From: an uncultured Eubacterium sp.
GTDB lineage: Bacteria; Bacillota; Clostridia; Oscillospirales; Acutalibacteraceae
Reading direction: 5' to 3'
DNA length: 45,494 bases
Assembly (NCBI GenBank): GCA_910577215.1
Contig: CAJTMQ010000005.1
Coordinates: 244-45,737, forward strand
Part shown: piece by piece, positions 23,395 through 34,026 of the stretch
Layout of the letters: the number at the start of each line of letters is the position of its first letter
How positions within the stretch are numbered: the stretch's first letter is position 1
Notes under the pieces: model-generated
What the model was told of the DNA's origin: nothing
Databases searched by the model: none
What the model saw: the letters and a program-made list of their open reading frames with translations, nothing else
Translations under genes and position numbers: made by a program

Positions 23395-24686
23395 TGAAGT
23401 TTAAAGTTATTGGTGCAGGTCTTGCGGGTGTTGAGGCTGCGTGGCAGATTGCAGAAAGCGGGCATACGGTTACCCTGTTTGAGCAGAAGCCCGATAAAAA
23501 GTCACCTGCACATAAATCTGATAATTTTGCAGAGCTTGTTTGCTCAAATTCGCTTAAGGCAAGCAGAATAGATTCTGCCGCAGGACTTCTTAAAGAGGAA
23601 ATGGCAAGGCTTGGCTCGCTTACTGTTCCCGTTGCACGTGAATGTGCAGTTGCAGCAGGCGGAGCACTCGCAGTGGACAGGGATATATTTTCGGAAAATA
23701 TCACTCAAAAAATCAAATCTCACTCGAACATCATTATTGTGAATGAAGAGGTTGAAGAAATTCCCGTGTCGGATGATACAGTAACCATTGTTGCAACAGG
23801 TCCGCTTACATCCGGTAAAATGAGTAATGCTATTCAGGCGCTTTGCGGTGACTGTCTTTCCTTTTATGATGCTGCGGCACCTATAGTTACGGCGGAGTCT
23901 GTTGATATGAGTATTGCTTTCGGTGCTTCAAGATATGACAGAGGCGGCGAGGATGATTATATCAATTGCCCGTTTAATAAAGAAGAATACGAAAACTTTA
24001 TAAATGAGCTTGTTCATGCCGAAGGTGCAGTGCTTCACGATTTTGATGTTTATGAAGGCTGTATGCCGATAGAAAAGCTTGCAAAGCGCGGAATGGATGC
24101 ACCAAGATTCGGTCCTATGAAGCCTGTTGGTCTTATCAATCCTGCAACAGGTCATCGTCCGTGGGCAGCAGTTCAGCTCAGAAGAGAAAATGCTGAGGGC
24201 ACAATGTTTAATCTTGTTGGCTTTCAGACTAATCTTAAATTCGGTGAACAGAAAAGAGTTTTTTCAATGATACCGGGACTTCAGAATGCTGAATTTGTAA
24301 GGTATGGTGTTATGCACAGAAATTCATTTCTTGATTCGCCAAGGGTGTTAAATAAAGATTTTAATATGAGAAAATATCCGTCCGTTTTTTTTGCAGGGCA
24401 GATAACAGGTGTTGAGGGTTATATGGAATCCGCGGCATCAGGTATAATTGCAGGTATGAATGCCGTAAGATATGCTGACGGCAAGGAACTTATCAGCCTG
24501 CCGAAAACAACAATGACAGGGTCACTTTCATCATACATAAGTGATAAAACAGTTAAAAACTTTCAGCCTATGGGTGCGAATTTTGGTATTCTGCCGCCTA
24601 TAGAGCCGAAAATAAAGGACAAGCGTGAGCGTTATGCCGCACTTGCAAAAAGAGCACTTGATGCTCTGGATGAGGTAATAAAATGA
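23394..24686 (+). CDS. trmFO: Folate-dependent tRNA (uracil-5-)-methyltransferase
   Basis: IGAGLAGVEAA, AELVCSNS, AGGALAVDR, YDAAAP, FGPMKPVGL, VGFQTNLKFGEQ, YGVMHRN, AGQITGVEGY. Confidence 0.97.
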   Translation: MKFKVIGAGLAGVEAAWQIAESGHTVTLFEQKPDKKSPAHKSDNFAELVCSNSLKASRIDSAAGLLKEEMARLGSLTVPVARECAVAAGGALAVDRDIFSENITQKIKSHSNIIIVNEEVEEIPVSDDTVTIVATGPLTSGKMSNAIQALCGDCLSFYDAAAPIVTAESVDMSIAFGASRYDRGGEDDYINCPFNKEEYENFINELVHAEGAVLHDFDVYEGCMPIEKLAKRGMDAPRFGPMKPVGLINPATGHRPWAAVQLRRENAEGTMFNLVGFQTNLKFGEQKRVFSMIPGLQNAEFVRYGVMHRNSFLDSPRVLNKDFNMRKYPSVFFAGQITGVEGYMESAASGIIAGMNAVRYADGKELISLPKTTMTGSLSSYISDKTVKNFQPMGANFGILPPIEPKIKDKRERYAALAKRALDALDEVIK

Positions 24687-25678
24687 AAATTATAGTTGAT
24701 GCTTTCGGCGGAGATCATGCACCGCTTGAAATTATTAAGGGTGCAATGCTTGCAGTTGAGGAATACGGAATAGACGTTATTCTTACCGGTGACGAAAAGC
24801 AGATTTCCGAATGTGTAAGGCAGAACAATATAGAACTTAAGAATACAGAAATTGTTCATACATCAGGCAAAATTGATATGTGTGATGATGCAAGGGCTGT
24901 GCTTAAAGAAAAAGCCGATTCAAGTATGGGTGTTGGCTTTAAGCTGCTTAGCGAGGGAAAAGGGGATGCCTTTGTTTCGGCAGGAAATACAGGTGCGATA
25001 ACTGTCGGTGCAACCTTTCTTGCAAAAAGAATTAAGGGTGTTAAAAGGCCGTGCATTGCTTCTGTAATGCCAAGTGCCGATAATCCTATTTTACTTATGG
25101 ATTGCGGTGCAAATGCAGAATGCAGAGCTGAATTTTTGTATCAGTTCGGCTTTATGGGAAGCCTTTATATGAAGAATATTTTAAAGGTTGAAAATCCTAA
25201 GGTTGCTCTTGCCAATAACGGTACAGAGGAAACAAAAGGCACTTCTGTTGTTAAAGAAGCGTATGAACTGATGAAAAATGCAGATTATAATTTTGTAGGA
25301 AATATAGAGGGCAGGCAGATTCCGTTTGGCGATGCAGATGTTGTTGTTGCAGACGGATTTGCAGGCAATTTAATTCTTAAAACATATGAGGGTGTAGCAA
25401 AGGTTCTTATGAACGGAATAAAGGATATTTTCAAGAAAAATCTTTTTTCAAAGCTTTGTGCACTTGGTGTTATGGGCGGAATTAATGATATGAAAAAACA
25501 GTTTGACTATAAGGAATACGGCGGTGCAGTGTTGCTTGGTGTTAAAAAACCCGTTGTCAAGGCACACGGCTCTGCAGATGCACGCACGTTTAAAAATGCC
25601 ATTAAACAGGCAGTATGGTTTTTAGATAATAATTTGATTGATGAAATAGAAAAGGCGTTCAGTAAGGAAAATGAGTAA
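24683..25678 (+). CDS. plsX: Phosphate acyltransferase PlsX
   Basis: IVDAFGGDHAP, VSAGNTGA, RIKGVKRP, DCGANAE, GTEETKG, DGFAGN, GGAVLLG, KAHGS. Confidence 0.96.
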   Translation: MKIIVDAFGGDHAPLEIIKGAMLAVEEYGIDVILTGDEKQISECVRQNNIELKNTEIVHTSGKIDMCDDARAVLKEKADSSMGVGFKLLSEGKGDAFVSAGNTGAITVGATFLAKRIKGVKRPCIASVMPSADNPILLMDCGANAECRAEFLYQFGFMGSLYMKNILKVENPKVALANNGTEETKGTSVVKEAYELMKNADYNFVGNIEGRQIPFGDADVVVADGFAGNLILKTYEGVAKVLMNGIKDIFKKNLFSKLCALGVMGGINDMKKQFDYKEYGGAVLLGVKKPVVKAHGSADARTFKNAIKQAVWFLDNNLIDEIEKAFSKENE

Positions 25679-26354
25679 TAATTTCAGTGCCATTGAAGAA
25701 AAAATTAAATACATCTTTAAGGATAAATCGCTTTTAAAGGAGGCGTTAACCCATTCAAGCTATGCAAACGAAGTAAGAGACGGCACCAAGTGCAACGAAC
25801 GTATGGAATTTCTTGGTGATGCAGTGCTTTCAATTGTTGCTGCAGAGCTTCTTTACAGTAAATTTCCGGATATGCCCGAGGGTGAGCTTTCCAAGCTTCG
25901 TTCAAGCCTTGTATGCACGGCAGAGCTTTCCTCATTTGCAAGGGAAATCAGCCTTGGTGATTATCTGCTTCTGGGCAAAGGAGAGGTTAACACAGGCGGC
26001 AGGGAACGTCCTTCCATTCTTGAAAATGCTTTTGAAGCTCTTATAGCGGCAATTTATCTTGACGGAGGTATGGAAAGAGTCAAGGCGCATATTCTGCGTT
26101 TTCTCAACAGTGCACTGGAAAATCAAAGGATTAATTTTAAGGATTATAAAACGGCGCTTCAGGAGGTTATTCAGCAGAATCCCGATGAAACACTTAATTA
26201 TGTTATAGTTGGTGAACACGGACCGGATCACGATAAAAGGTTTGAGGTAGAGGTTCATCTGAATTCAAATGTTATAGGAAAAGGTACAGGCAAAAGCAAA
26301 AAGCAGGCAGAGCAGGAGGCGGCAAAAGAAGCCTTGCTGTTGATGGGAATATGA
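25671..26354 (+). CDS. rnc: Ribonuclease III
   Basis: ALTHSSY, NERMEFLGDAVL signature, FEALIAAIYLD, C-terminal dsRBD (DYKTALQE...SKKQAEQEAA). Confidence 0.97.
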   Translation: MSNNFSAIEEKIKYIFKDKSLLKEALTHSSYANEVRDGTKCNERMEFLGDAVLSIVAAELLYSKFPDMPEGELSKLRSSLVCTAELSSFAREISLGDYLLLGKGEVNTGGRERPSILENAFEALIAAIYLDGGMERVKAHILRFLNSALENQRINFKDYKTALQEVIQQNPDETLNYVIVGEHGPDHDKRFEVEVHLNSNVIGKGTGKSKKQAEQEAAKEALLLMGI

Positions 26355-27340
26355 AAAAAGGAAATATTTCAATTTTTGTTCCGCATATCGGCTGCCCGCA
26401 AAAATGTTCTTTTTGCAATCAGAATACGATAACGGGACAGCATTCGGCTCCAAAACCCGAAGATGTAGTTTATGCGGTTGAAACTGCCCTGAAACGGACT
26501 GAATTTGAATATGAAATTGCATTTTTCGGAGGCTCATTTACAGCAATTAACAGAGAATATATGATTTCTCTGCTCAATGCTGCAAAGCCTTATGTTGAAA
26601 GCGGAGCGGTAAAAGGTGTTCGCTGTTCAACAAGACCTGATGCAATTGATGAAGAAATATTACAGCTTCTTAAAAGCTATGGCGTTACGGCTATTGAGCT
26701 TGGCGCACAGAGCATGAATGATGAAGTGCTTTCGGCAAATTTCAGAGGGCACACATCGGATGATGTCAGGCACGCGTCAAAGCTGATTAGGGAATTCGGT
26801 TTTGAGCTTGGGCTTCAGATGATGACGGATTTATATTTATCATCACCGGATATTGATATGAAAACAGCTCGGGAGCTCATTAAGCTGAATCCGAAAACCG
26901 TAAGAATTTATCCGACGGTTACTTTGAAAAATACATATCTTGCACGGCTTCTTGAGGAGGGAAAGTATTCCCCTGCACCGCTTGAGGATACAGTTAATCT
27001 GTGTGCTCGGCTGGTTGCATTATTTGAGAAAAACAATATAAAAATCATTCGCCTTGGGCTTCACGCAAGCAGGGATATTAAGGATAATATGCTTGGCGGC
27101 GGTTATCACGAATCTCTTGGTGAAATGGTACATTCCAAAATTTTACTGAACAGAATTCTTAAAAATCCCGTTGGCGAATATACGGTTTATGTTAATGAAA
27201 ACACAATTTCAAAGCTGAAGGGTAATAAAAAGGCAAATATTTCGGCACTTCATAATGCCGGTTATAAGATAGAAATTATATTCGATAATTCGCTTAAAGC
27301 GAATGAATTGAGGTTGAAGAATGGTATTAAGAACACTTGA
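26351..27340 (+). CDS. Radical SAM protein (Elp3/HemN-like family)
   Basis: IFVPHIGCPQKCSFCNQ (CxxxCxxC), AFFGGSFT, STRPD, IELGAQS, RIYPT. Confidence 0.88.
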   Translation: MKKGNISIFVPHIGCPQKCSFCNQNTITGQHSAPKPEDVVYAVETALKRTEFEYEIAFFGGSFTAINREYMISLLNAAKPYVESGAVKGVRCSTRPDAIDEEILQLLKSYGVTAIELGAQSMNDEVLSANFRGHTSDDVRHASKLIREFGFELGLQMMTDLYLSSPDIDMKTARELIKLNPKTVRIYPTVTLKNTYLARLLEEGKYSPAPLEDTVNLCARLVALFEKNNIKIIRLGLHASRDIKDNMLGGGYHESLGEMVHSKILLNRILKNPVGEYTVYVNENTISKLKGNKKANISALHNAGYKIEIIFDNSLKANELRLKNGIKNT

Positions 27341-30300
27341 AATGCAGGGCTTTAAATCTTTCCCTGATAAAACAGAGCTTAATTTCGGAAAGGGAATAAC
27401 GGCTATTGTCGGTCCTAACGGCTCAGGAAAAAGTAATATTTCAGATGCGGTTCGCTGGGTGCTTGGTGAAACCTCCACTAAATCACTTCGCGGTTCCAAA
27501 ATGGAGGATGTTATTTTCGGCGGTACGTCATCAAGAAAGGCTATCGGCTTTGCACAGGTTCAGCTTACACTTGATAACAGTGACGGCACACTTAAAGATA
27601 AGGGCGAAATCGTAACGGTTATGCGCCGCTATTACAGAAGCGGTGAAAGTGAATATAAAATAGACGGCGAAAATGTAAGGCGCCGTGATATTCACGAGCT
27701 TTTTATGGATACAGGTCTTGGTGCAGACGGCTATTCAATGGTTGGACAGGGCAAGATTGATTCTATTATTTCCGCTAAAAATGAGGACAGGCGAGAGCTT
27801 TTTGAGGAAGCAGCAGGAATTTCACGCTTCCGTCATAAAAGAACAGATGCACAGCGCAGACTTGATCAGGCACAGGAAAATCTGGTTCGTCTTCTTGATA
27901 TTCTCGGTGAACTTGAGGGGCGTGTGGGTCCTCTTAAGGAGCAGAGTGAAAAGGCAGCTAAATTCCTTGAGCTTTCGGGAGAAAAGAAAACGCTTGAAAT
28001 TGGTGTATGGCTCAGTAAAATCAATAAATTCACAAATGACCTGCGTGAACAGGAGCATAAAATAGATGCGGCAAACGCTTCTTATGAAATCTGTGAAAAA
28101 GACCTTGCGGCTATTGAAACGGAAATAGAGCAGGTGCTTGAAGGTGTTGCAAAAATCAACACTGAAATTGAAGAGGTCAGAGTAAACGGTGCCGCTTATG
28201 AGGAGGAAGCTCTTCGTAAGGACGGTGAAGCCTCTGTTCTTGAAGCAACGCTTAATCATAATAACGAAACGATAGAGCGTCTTAAAAGTGATATTTCGCT
28301 TGCCGACGAGGGTAATCTTTCAATAGATTCACAGATTGAAGAGCGTGAAGCATTTATTGAAAACAGTGCGTTGCAGGCTGTTCAGAAAAAGGAAGAGCTT
28401 GTTTCGGTAACAAATGAAATGGAAGCCCTTGCCTCATCAAATGAAGAATTTTCAAAAATCACCGTTGAGCTTAATCAGAAAATAACAGCCTTAACCTTTA
28501 AGCTTACGGATTGTCATGTTAAATGCTCAAGTGCAAAATCAAGTATTGAGGAAATAGAGGCACGCAGCGGAACAGTTGATGAAAACATCAGTGCAATTGA
28601 TAAGGAACTTGATATTGAAAAATCACGCAAGGATGAAAGTGATGAAAACCTTAAATTCTTAAATGAACGCATTGAAGAGAATAATAATTCAATGGGCGGC
28701 TATCAGCTTAAAGTAAAAAACAAAACCGAAAAGGCAAATAAAGTAAAGGATAGTCTTGAAAAGGCAAACAGAAGCCTTGCAGAAAAGCAGTCAAAGGCAA
28801 GAATGCTTTCTGATCTCGAAAAGAATATGGAGGGCTATTCCGGAGCCGTTAAAGCGGTTATGCGTCAGTCTGATGCAAAAATGCTTGGCGGTATTCATGG
28901 TCCGTTATCTCAGCTTATTCAGGTTGAAAATGAATATTCAACAGCAGTGGAGGTTGCACTCGGTGCGGCAATGCAGAATATTATTACTGCAACTGAGGCT
29001 GATGCAAAAAGAGCAATTTATTATCTTAAAAATAATCATATCGGCAGAGCAACATTTCTTCCGATTTCAAATATCAAAGGCAGAAGGCTTGATGAAAACG
29101 GACTTGATGATAATTTCGGCTTTGTTGCCATTGCGGCGGATCTTGTAAGCTGTGATAACCGATATAAGGAAATCATCAGTAATCTTCTTTCACGTGTTGT
29201 TGTGGTTGAGGATATGGACTGTGCAATCGGAATTGCAAAAAGATACGGCAACAGATTTAAAATTGTTACGCTTGACGGTCAGGTAATCAATCCCGGCGGC
29301 TCAATGACGGGTGGCAGTGCTGCAAAGGGTGCAGGTATTTTATCCCGTGCCAATATGATTGAAGAACTTAATGAGGAAGCAAAAGTGCTTTCAAAGGAGG
29401 TTCAGGAGCTTTCTGCACAGTTTAAAACTGCTATGGAAGAAGCGAACCGTGCAGCAGCAGAAATGCAGGCGGCAGAGGCAGACCTGCAGACAGCAAAAGA
29501 GGATGTTATCCGTGCAGAGGGCGAGGACAAGCTGATTTCAGATAAAATCACTTCTCTTGAAAATCAGAAAAATTTGCTTGTAAGTGAAAAGAACGGTGCA
29601 AAGGGAAGAATTGAAACTCTCTTAAAGGAGCTTGCAGACGGAGAAAAAGAAATCAGTACTGTTCAGTCTGAAATAGATGCTGCGGAAGAAGAACTTTCAT
29701 CTGTTTCAAATAATGCCGAGGGTGTTGCGGAAAAAAGAGAAAATCTCCGCCAGAGAACAGAAGAAATCAAACTTTCAATTGTTTCTCTTGAAAGAGATGT
29801 TGAAGCTGCCAAGCTTGCGGTTGAAGAGCTTAAACTCCGTAAATCTACCCAGAGTGACAGAGTTAAGTCTATTGAAGAAGAAATAGCAGATATTGAAAGC
29901 AAAAACGAAAATCTTATAAAAACGGTTAATGATATTAAGGCGCAGGCTGAGGAATACCGCAAAAAGGCAACCAGCTCAAATGAAGATGTTTCAGATAGAA
30001 TTGAAGCCAGAAACGAGCTTGAAAAACGCTCCGGAGAGCTTCGTTTGCTGGAACGCAATAAAATTCAGGAGCGTGAAGGCATTTCAAGTGAAATCGTTCG
30101 CCTTGATGAGCGCAAAATTGCAATGCGCAAGGAATATGATGAGCTGAATGATATGCTGTTTGAGCAGTATGAATTAACAAAGCGTGAAGCTGAAAATCTT
30201 AATATTGTTATTGAAGATATGACTGCCGCTAAAAGACGTCTTAATGAAATTAAGATATCAATTAAGAAGCTCGGTTCAATAAATGTTGGTGCTATTGAGG

Positions 30301-30890
30301 AATACAAAGAGGTTTCGGAGAGATATGAATTCCTTAAAGAGCAGATAGACGATATTGAGAAATCCAAAGCAGAGCTTGGCAGAATTATTGATGATTTAAC
30401 TGTTTCAATGAGCGAAAAATTCCTTACTCAGTTCAATAAAATAAACGAGGAATTCAAGGTTTCATTTTCTGATTTCTTTGGCGGAGGCAATGGTGAGATT
30501 GTGCTTGAAAATCCAGAAAACTGTCTTGAAAGCCCTATAGAAATCAAAATTCAGCCACCCGGAAAATCGGTTCAGAATATCAATCTGTTTTCGGGCGGAG
30601 AAAAATCACTTGCAGCTATGGCTCTTTTGTTCAGTGTGCTTAAGGTTACGCCTGCACCTTTCTGTATTTACGATGAGGTTGAGGCTGCACTTGATGATGT
30701 AAACGTTGTTCGTTTTGCTAAGTATATGCGTAAGATGACAGATCACACACAGTTCATTTCAATCACCCACCGCCGCGGCACTATGGAAGAAGCGGATGTT
30801 CTTTATGGTGTTACAATGCAGGAAAAGGGTGTTTCAAAGCTGCTTGAGCTGCAGAGTGCAGAGCTTGCAGCGCAGATGGGTCTTGAATAA
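27321..30890 (+). CDS. smc: Chromosome partition protein Smc
   Basis: GFKSF, Walker A VGPNGSGKSN, long coiled coils, hinge (GRATFLP, GGSMTGG), FSGGEK signature, DEVEAALD, ITHR. Confidence 0.98.
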   Translation: MVLRTLEMQGFKSFPDKTELNFGKGITAIVGPNGSGKSNISDAVRWVLGETSTKSLRGSKMEDVIFGGTSSRKAIGFAQVQLTLDNSDGTLKDKGEIVTVMRRYYRSGESEYKIDGENVRRRDIHELFMDTGLGADGYSMVGQGKIDSIISAKNEDRRELFEEAAGISRFRHKRTDAQRRLDQAQENLVRLLDILGELEGRVGPLKEQSEKAAKFLELSGEKKTLEIGVWLSKINKFTNDLREQEHKIDAANASYEICEKDLAAIETEIEQVLEGVAKINTEIEEVRVNGAAYEEEALRKDGEASVLEATLNHNNETIERLKSDISLADEGNLSIDSQIEEREAFIENSALQAVQKKEELVSVTNEMEALASSNEEFSKITVELNQKITALTFKLTDCHVKCSSAKSSIEEIEARSGTVDENISAIDKELDIEKSRKDESDENLKFLNERIEENNNSMGGYQLKVKNKTEKANKVKDSLEKANRSLAEKQSKARMLSDLEKNMEGYSGAVKAVMRQSDAKMLGGIHGPLSQLIQVENEYSTAVEVALGAAMQNIITATEADAKRAIYYLKNNHIGRATFLPISNIKGRRLDENGLDDNFGFVAIAADLVSCDNRYKEIISNLLSRVVVVEDMDCAIGIAKRYGNRFKIVTLDGQVINPGGSMTGGSAAKGAGILSRANMIEELNEEAKVLSKEVQELSAQFKTAMEEANRAAAEMQAAEADLQTAKEDVIRAEGEDKLISDKITSLENQKNLLVSEKNGAKGRIETLLKELADGEKEISTVQSEIDAAEEELSSVSNNAEGVAEKRENLRQRTEEIKLSIVSLERDVEAAKLAVEELKLRKSTQSDRVKSIEEEIADIESKNENLIKTVNDIKAQAEEYRKKATSSNEDVSDRIEARNELEKRSGELRLLERNKIQEREGISSEIVRLDERKIAMRKEYDELNDMLFEQYELTKREAENLNIVIEDMTAAKRRLNEIKISIKKLGSINVGAIEEYKEVSERYEFLKEQIDDIEKSKAELGRIIDDLTVSMSEKFLTQFNKINEEFKVSFSDFFGGGNGEIVLENPENCLESPIEIKIQPPGKSVQNINLFSGGEKSLAAMALLFSVLKVTPAPFCIYDEVEAALDDVNVVRFAKYMRKMTDHTQFISITHRRGTMEEADVLYGVTMQEKGVSKLLELQSAELAAQMGLE

Positions 30891-30920
30891 GATATTACAT
30901 AATTCATTTTAGGAGAAATT

Positions 30921-31838
30921 ATGGGATTATTTGATAAATTCAGAAAAGGTTTAAGAAAAACACGTGAAGAGGGGCTTACCGCACAGATTGAAGATGTAAT
31001 GGAATCTTACGATGAAATTACGGATGAGCTTTTTGAAGAGCTTGAAGAAATCTTAATTATGGGTGATGTCGGTTTTCCGACTGCCGAAAAGGTAATAAAA
31101 AGCCTTAAAGAAAAAATTGAGAATGACAGAATTAAAGATGTTAAGCAGGTTCGTGAAACACTTAAGGATATTGTTTCGGGTATTGTATGGGGCGGAAGCT
31201 ATTTAAAGCTTCGCACAAAGCCGTCTGTTATTCTTGTTATAGGTGTTAATGGTGTTGGAAAAACAACAACAATAGGCAAACTCTCGCTTCGATTAAAGGA
31301 ACAGGGCAGAAGTGTTATTCTCGGTGCTGCGGATACCTTCCGTGCTGCTGCCATTGAGCAGCTTCAGGTATGGGCAGACCGAGCAGAGGTAGACCTGATT
31401 AAGTCCGCCGAGGGCTCGGATCCGGCATCTGTTGTGTTTGATACCATTCAGGCAGGCAAGGCAAGAAATGCGGATGTTATCATTATTGATACTGCAGGAA
31501 GACTTCATAATAAGAAAAATCTTATGGATGAGCTTAATAAAATCAGCCGTGTAATTAATCGTGAGCTGCCCGATGCATCTAAAGAGGTTTTGCTGGTTCT
31601 TGATGCAACAACAGGGCAGAATGCAGTAAATCAGGCAAAGGATTTCAAAGAAGCAGCAGGGATTACGGGCATTATTTTAACTAAGCTTGACGGCACTGCA
31701 AGAGGCGGTGTTGTGCTTGCAATCAATAATGAGCTTGATGTGCCTGTTAAATTTGTCGGTGTAGGTGAGCAGATTGATGATTTGCAGCCGTTTGATGCAG
31801 ATGCCTTTGCCGCAGGACTTTTTGATAATGAGGACTAA
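30921..31838 (+). CDS. ftsY: Signal recognition particle receptor FtsY
   Basis: [43 protein letters not shown]. Confidence 0.97.
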   Translation: MGLFDKFRKGLRKTREEGLTAQIEDVMESYDEITDELFEELEEILIMGDVGFPTAEKVIKSLKEKIENDRIKDVKQVRETLKDIVSGIVWGGSYLKLRTKPSVILVIGVNGVGKTTTIGKLSLRLKEQGRSVILGAADTFRAAAIEQLQVWADRAEVDLIKSAEGSDPASVVFDTIQAGKARNADVIIIDTAGRLHNKKNLMDELNKISRVINRELPDASKEVLLVLDATTGQNAVNQAKDFKEAAGITGIILTKLDGTARGGVVLAINNELDVPVKFVGVGEQIDDLQPFDADAFAAGLFDNED

Positions 31839-31842
31839 TACT

Positions 31843-32430
31843 ATGGATTTTATTTTAGCTACAAACAATATGAAAAAGCTTGCAGAAATGCAAAGAATAT
31901 TATCACCTCTCGGAATTAATGTTGTAACGTCCAAAATGCTCGGAATAGAAATTCCCGATGTAGAGGAAAACGGAACCACCTTTGAAGAAAATGCTAAAAT
32001 CAAGGCAGTTTCAGCCTGTGAGGTAACAAAAATGCCTTCAATTGCTGATGACAGCGGACTTTGCGTTGATTACCTTGACGGTGCGCCGGGTATATATTCG
32101 GCAAGATTTTCCGGCGGTCACGGCAATGATGAAAGAAACAATGATTTGCTGCTTGAAAAGCTCAGCGGTGTTCCTGTGGAGCAGAGAACGGCATATTATG
32201 TTTGTGCTATTTGCTGTGTTTTTCCTGACGGCAGAGAAATTACAGTTCGCGGTGAATGCCACGGCTATATCGGTTTTGAAAGAGACGGCAGCGAGGGCTT
32301 TGGCTATGATCCGTTGTTTATAATCAACGGCAAGGCTTTCGGGAGATACACTGCGGAGGAAAAGGATAAAATAAGTCACAGAGGTAATGCCTTAAGGGCT
32401 TTAACTAAGGAATTGGAGAAAAACATATGA
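31843..32430 (+). CDS. rdgB: Non-canonical purine NTP pyrophosphatase (RdgB/HAM1)
   Basis: LATNNMKKLAE, EENG.TFEENA, ADDSGL, PGIYSAR, GFGYDP, KDKISHRG. Start re-set to the ATG at 31843 after GAGGA. Confidence 0.93.
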   Translation: MDFILATNNMKKLAEMQRILSPLGINVVTSKMLGIEIPDVEENGTTFEENAKIKAVSACEVTKMPSIADDSGLCVDYLDGAPGIYSARFSGGHGNDERNNDLLLEKLSGVPVEQRTAYYVCAICCVFPDGREITVRGECHGYIGFERDGSEGFGYDPLFIINGKAFGRYTAEEKDKISHRGNALRALTKELEKNI

Positions 32431-32855
32431 CATCAAAAGAAAGAGCGGCACTTCGTGCAAAGGCAAATCCGCTTGAACCGATTTTTCAGATTGGTAAGGA
32501 CGGCGTGTCAGATAATCTGACAGCACAGATTGATGATGCACTTGATGTGCGTGAACTTTTAAAAATACGTGTGCATCTTGAAACTGCTCCTGAAAGTCCG
32601 AGAGAATTTGCAGATAAGCTTGCAGAATCACTTAATGCAGAGGTTATTCAGGTTATTGGCGGCGTTATTGTTATTTACAGAAAGATCGATAAGGAAAAGG
32701 TCAACGCAAAAAAGGAAGCACGCTTAAAAGCCTCCGGCAAAAAAGTAACTAAGAAAAAGGTTAAAATCAAGGGACTTCGTCAGCGTCAGAAGGAATATGA
32801 GGAAGCACACCCATGGGCAAAATATAATAAGGCAGACAGAGGTGGCAGGCGTTGA
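32427..32855 (+). CDS. yhbY: YhbY/CRS1 RNA-binding protein with basic C-terminal extension
   Basis: MTSKERAALRAKA..LEPIFQIGKDG...RELLKI...QVIG..IVIYR. Confidence 0.9.
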   Translation: MTSKERAALRAKANPLEPIFQIGKDGVSDNLTAQIDDALDVRELLKIRVHLETAPESPREFADKLAESLNAEVIQVIGGVIVIYRKIDKEKVNAKKEARLKASGKKVTKKKVKIKGLRQRQKEYEEAHPWAKYNKADRGGRR

Positions 32856-33451
32856 GGCTTGGCATCTTCGGCGGAGCCTTTAATCCTGTTCATAACGGCC
32901 ATATCAATCTTGCAAAAAGCTATTTAAACAGCCTTAACCTTGATAAGCTGCTTATTATACCAACTGCCAATCCTCCGCATAGGGATGCCACAGGTCTGGC
33001 AGACAGTAAAAGCAGGCTTGATATGCTTTCACTTGCATTTGACGGGGTGGATAAGATTGAAGTTTCCGACATTGAATTCAAAAGAAAAGAAAAAAGCTAC
33101 ACCTATGAAACAATAAAGGAAATAAGAAAAACATATGCCGATGCAGAGATTTTTCTTATAATAGGTGCAGATCAGTTTTTGAGCTTTGATAAATGGTACA
33201 GGTATGAGGATCTGCTGAAAGAGGTTGTTCTCTGTACTGCGGCAAGGGAAGAGAATATGCGTGATGCCATAAAGGCTTATGCGAAAGTTCTGCTTGGAGA
33301 TAAATGCAATTATTTTCTTGCCGATTTCAGACCTGTAATTGTTTCAAGCAGTCAAATAAGGGAAAAGCTAAAGGCGTATGAAAATATTTCACAGCTGGTG
33401 CCTGAAAAGGTTTATGAATATATAAAAGATAAGGAACTTTACATTGTATAG
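32852..33451 (+). CDS. nadD: Nicotinate-nucleotide adenylyltransferase
   Basis: GIFGGAFNPVHNGH, PPH, SYTYET, IIGAD, W.RY, VSSSQIR. Confidence 0.95.
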   Translation: MRLGIFGGAFNPVHNGHINLAKSYLNSLNLDKLLIIPTANPPHRDATGLADSKSRLDMLSLAFDGVDKIEVSDIEFKRKEKSYTYETIKEIRKTYADAEIFLIIGADQFLSFDKWYRYEDLLKEVVLCTAAREENMRDAIKAYAKVLLGDKCNYFLADFRPVIVSSSQIREKLKAYENISQLVPEKVYEYIKDKELYIV

Positions 33452-34022
33452 TAATGATGAATTTATAAATATAATTAGGCGGCGTTTATCCGAAGCTCGT
33501 TTTGTTCATTCAATGAATGTTGCAAACGCGGCGGCTGAGCTTGCAAAAAAATACGGCGCTGATGAGGAAAAAGCATATACAGCAGGTATTCTGCACGATA
33601 TAATGAAGGAAGAAAGCCTTGATATTCAGTATGAATATATATCCCGGAACAACGAGATAATGACTGTACTTGAACGCTCAAAGAGTCAGGTTGTACATCA
33701 GATGTCAGGTGCAGCATACTGCCGTATTGAGCTTGGTATTGGTGATGAAGAAATTTTAAGTGCAATCAGGTATCACACAACAGGCAAAAGGGATATGACG
33801 CTTTTGCAAAAGATTGTTTATACGGCAGACTTCATTTCAGCGGAAAGAAGCTATCCGGATGTTGAAATTATGCGTGAAAAGGCACACAACAGTCTTGAGG
33901 AAGCAATGCTTTATTCGCTGAAATATACAATAAATGATTTGGCTTCAAAAGCAATGCTTATTCATCCTGATACACTTGAATGCTATAATTCGATATTGGA
34001 AAATTTTATGGAAAAGGAATAG
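33444..34022 (+). CDS. yqeK: HD-domain Ap4A hydrolase YqeK
   Basis: RFVHSMNVA, AGILHDI.K, AIRYHTTG, YTADFI. Lies between nadD and rsfS. Confidence 0.92.
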   Translation: MYSNDEFINIIRRRLSEARFVHSMNVANAAAELAKKYGADEEKAYTAGILHDIMKEESLDIQYEYISRNNEIMTVLERSKSQVVHQMSGAAYCRIELGIGDEEILSAIRYHTTGKRDMTLLQKIVYTADFISAERSYPDVEIMREKAHNSLEEAMLYSLKYTINDLASKAMLIHPDTLECYNSILENFMEKE

Positions 34023-34026
34023 ATAT

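Noticed and set aside
27900..30400. Repetitive E/K/A-rich sequence and several antisense ORFs within smc
   Set aside because: Explained by coiled-coil heptad composition and codon bias, not by DNA repeats or overlapping genes.
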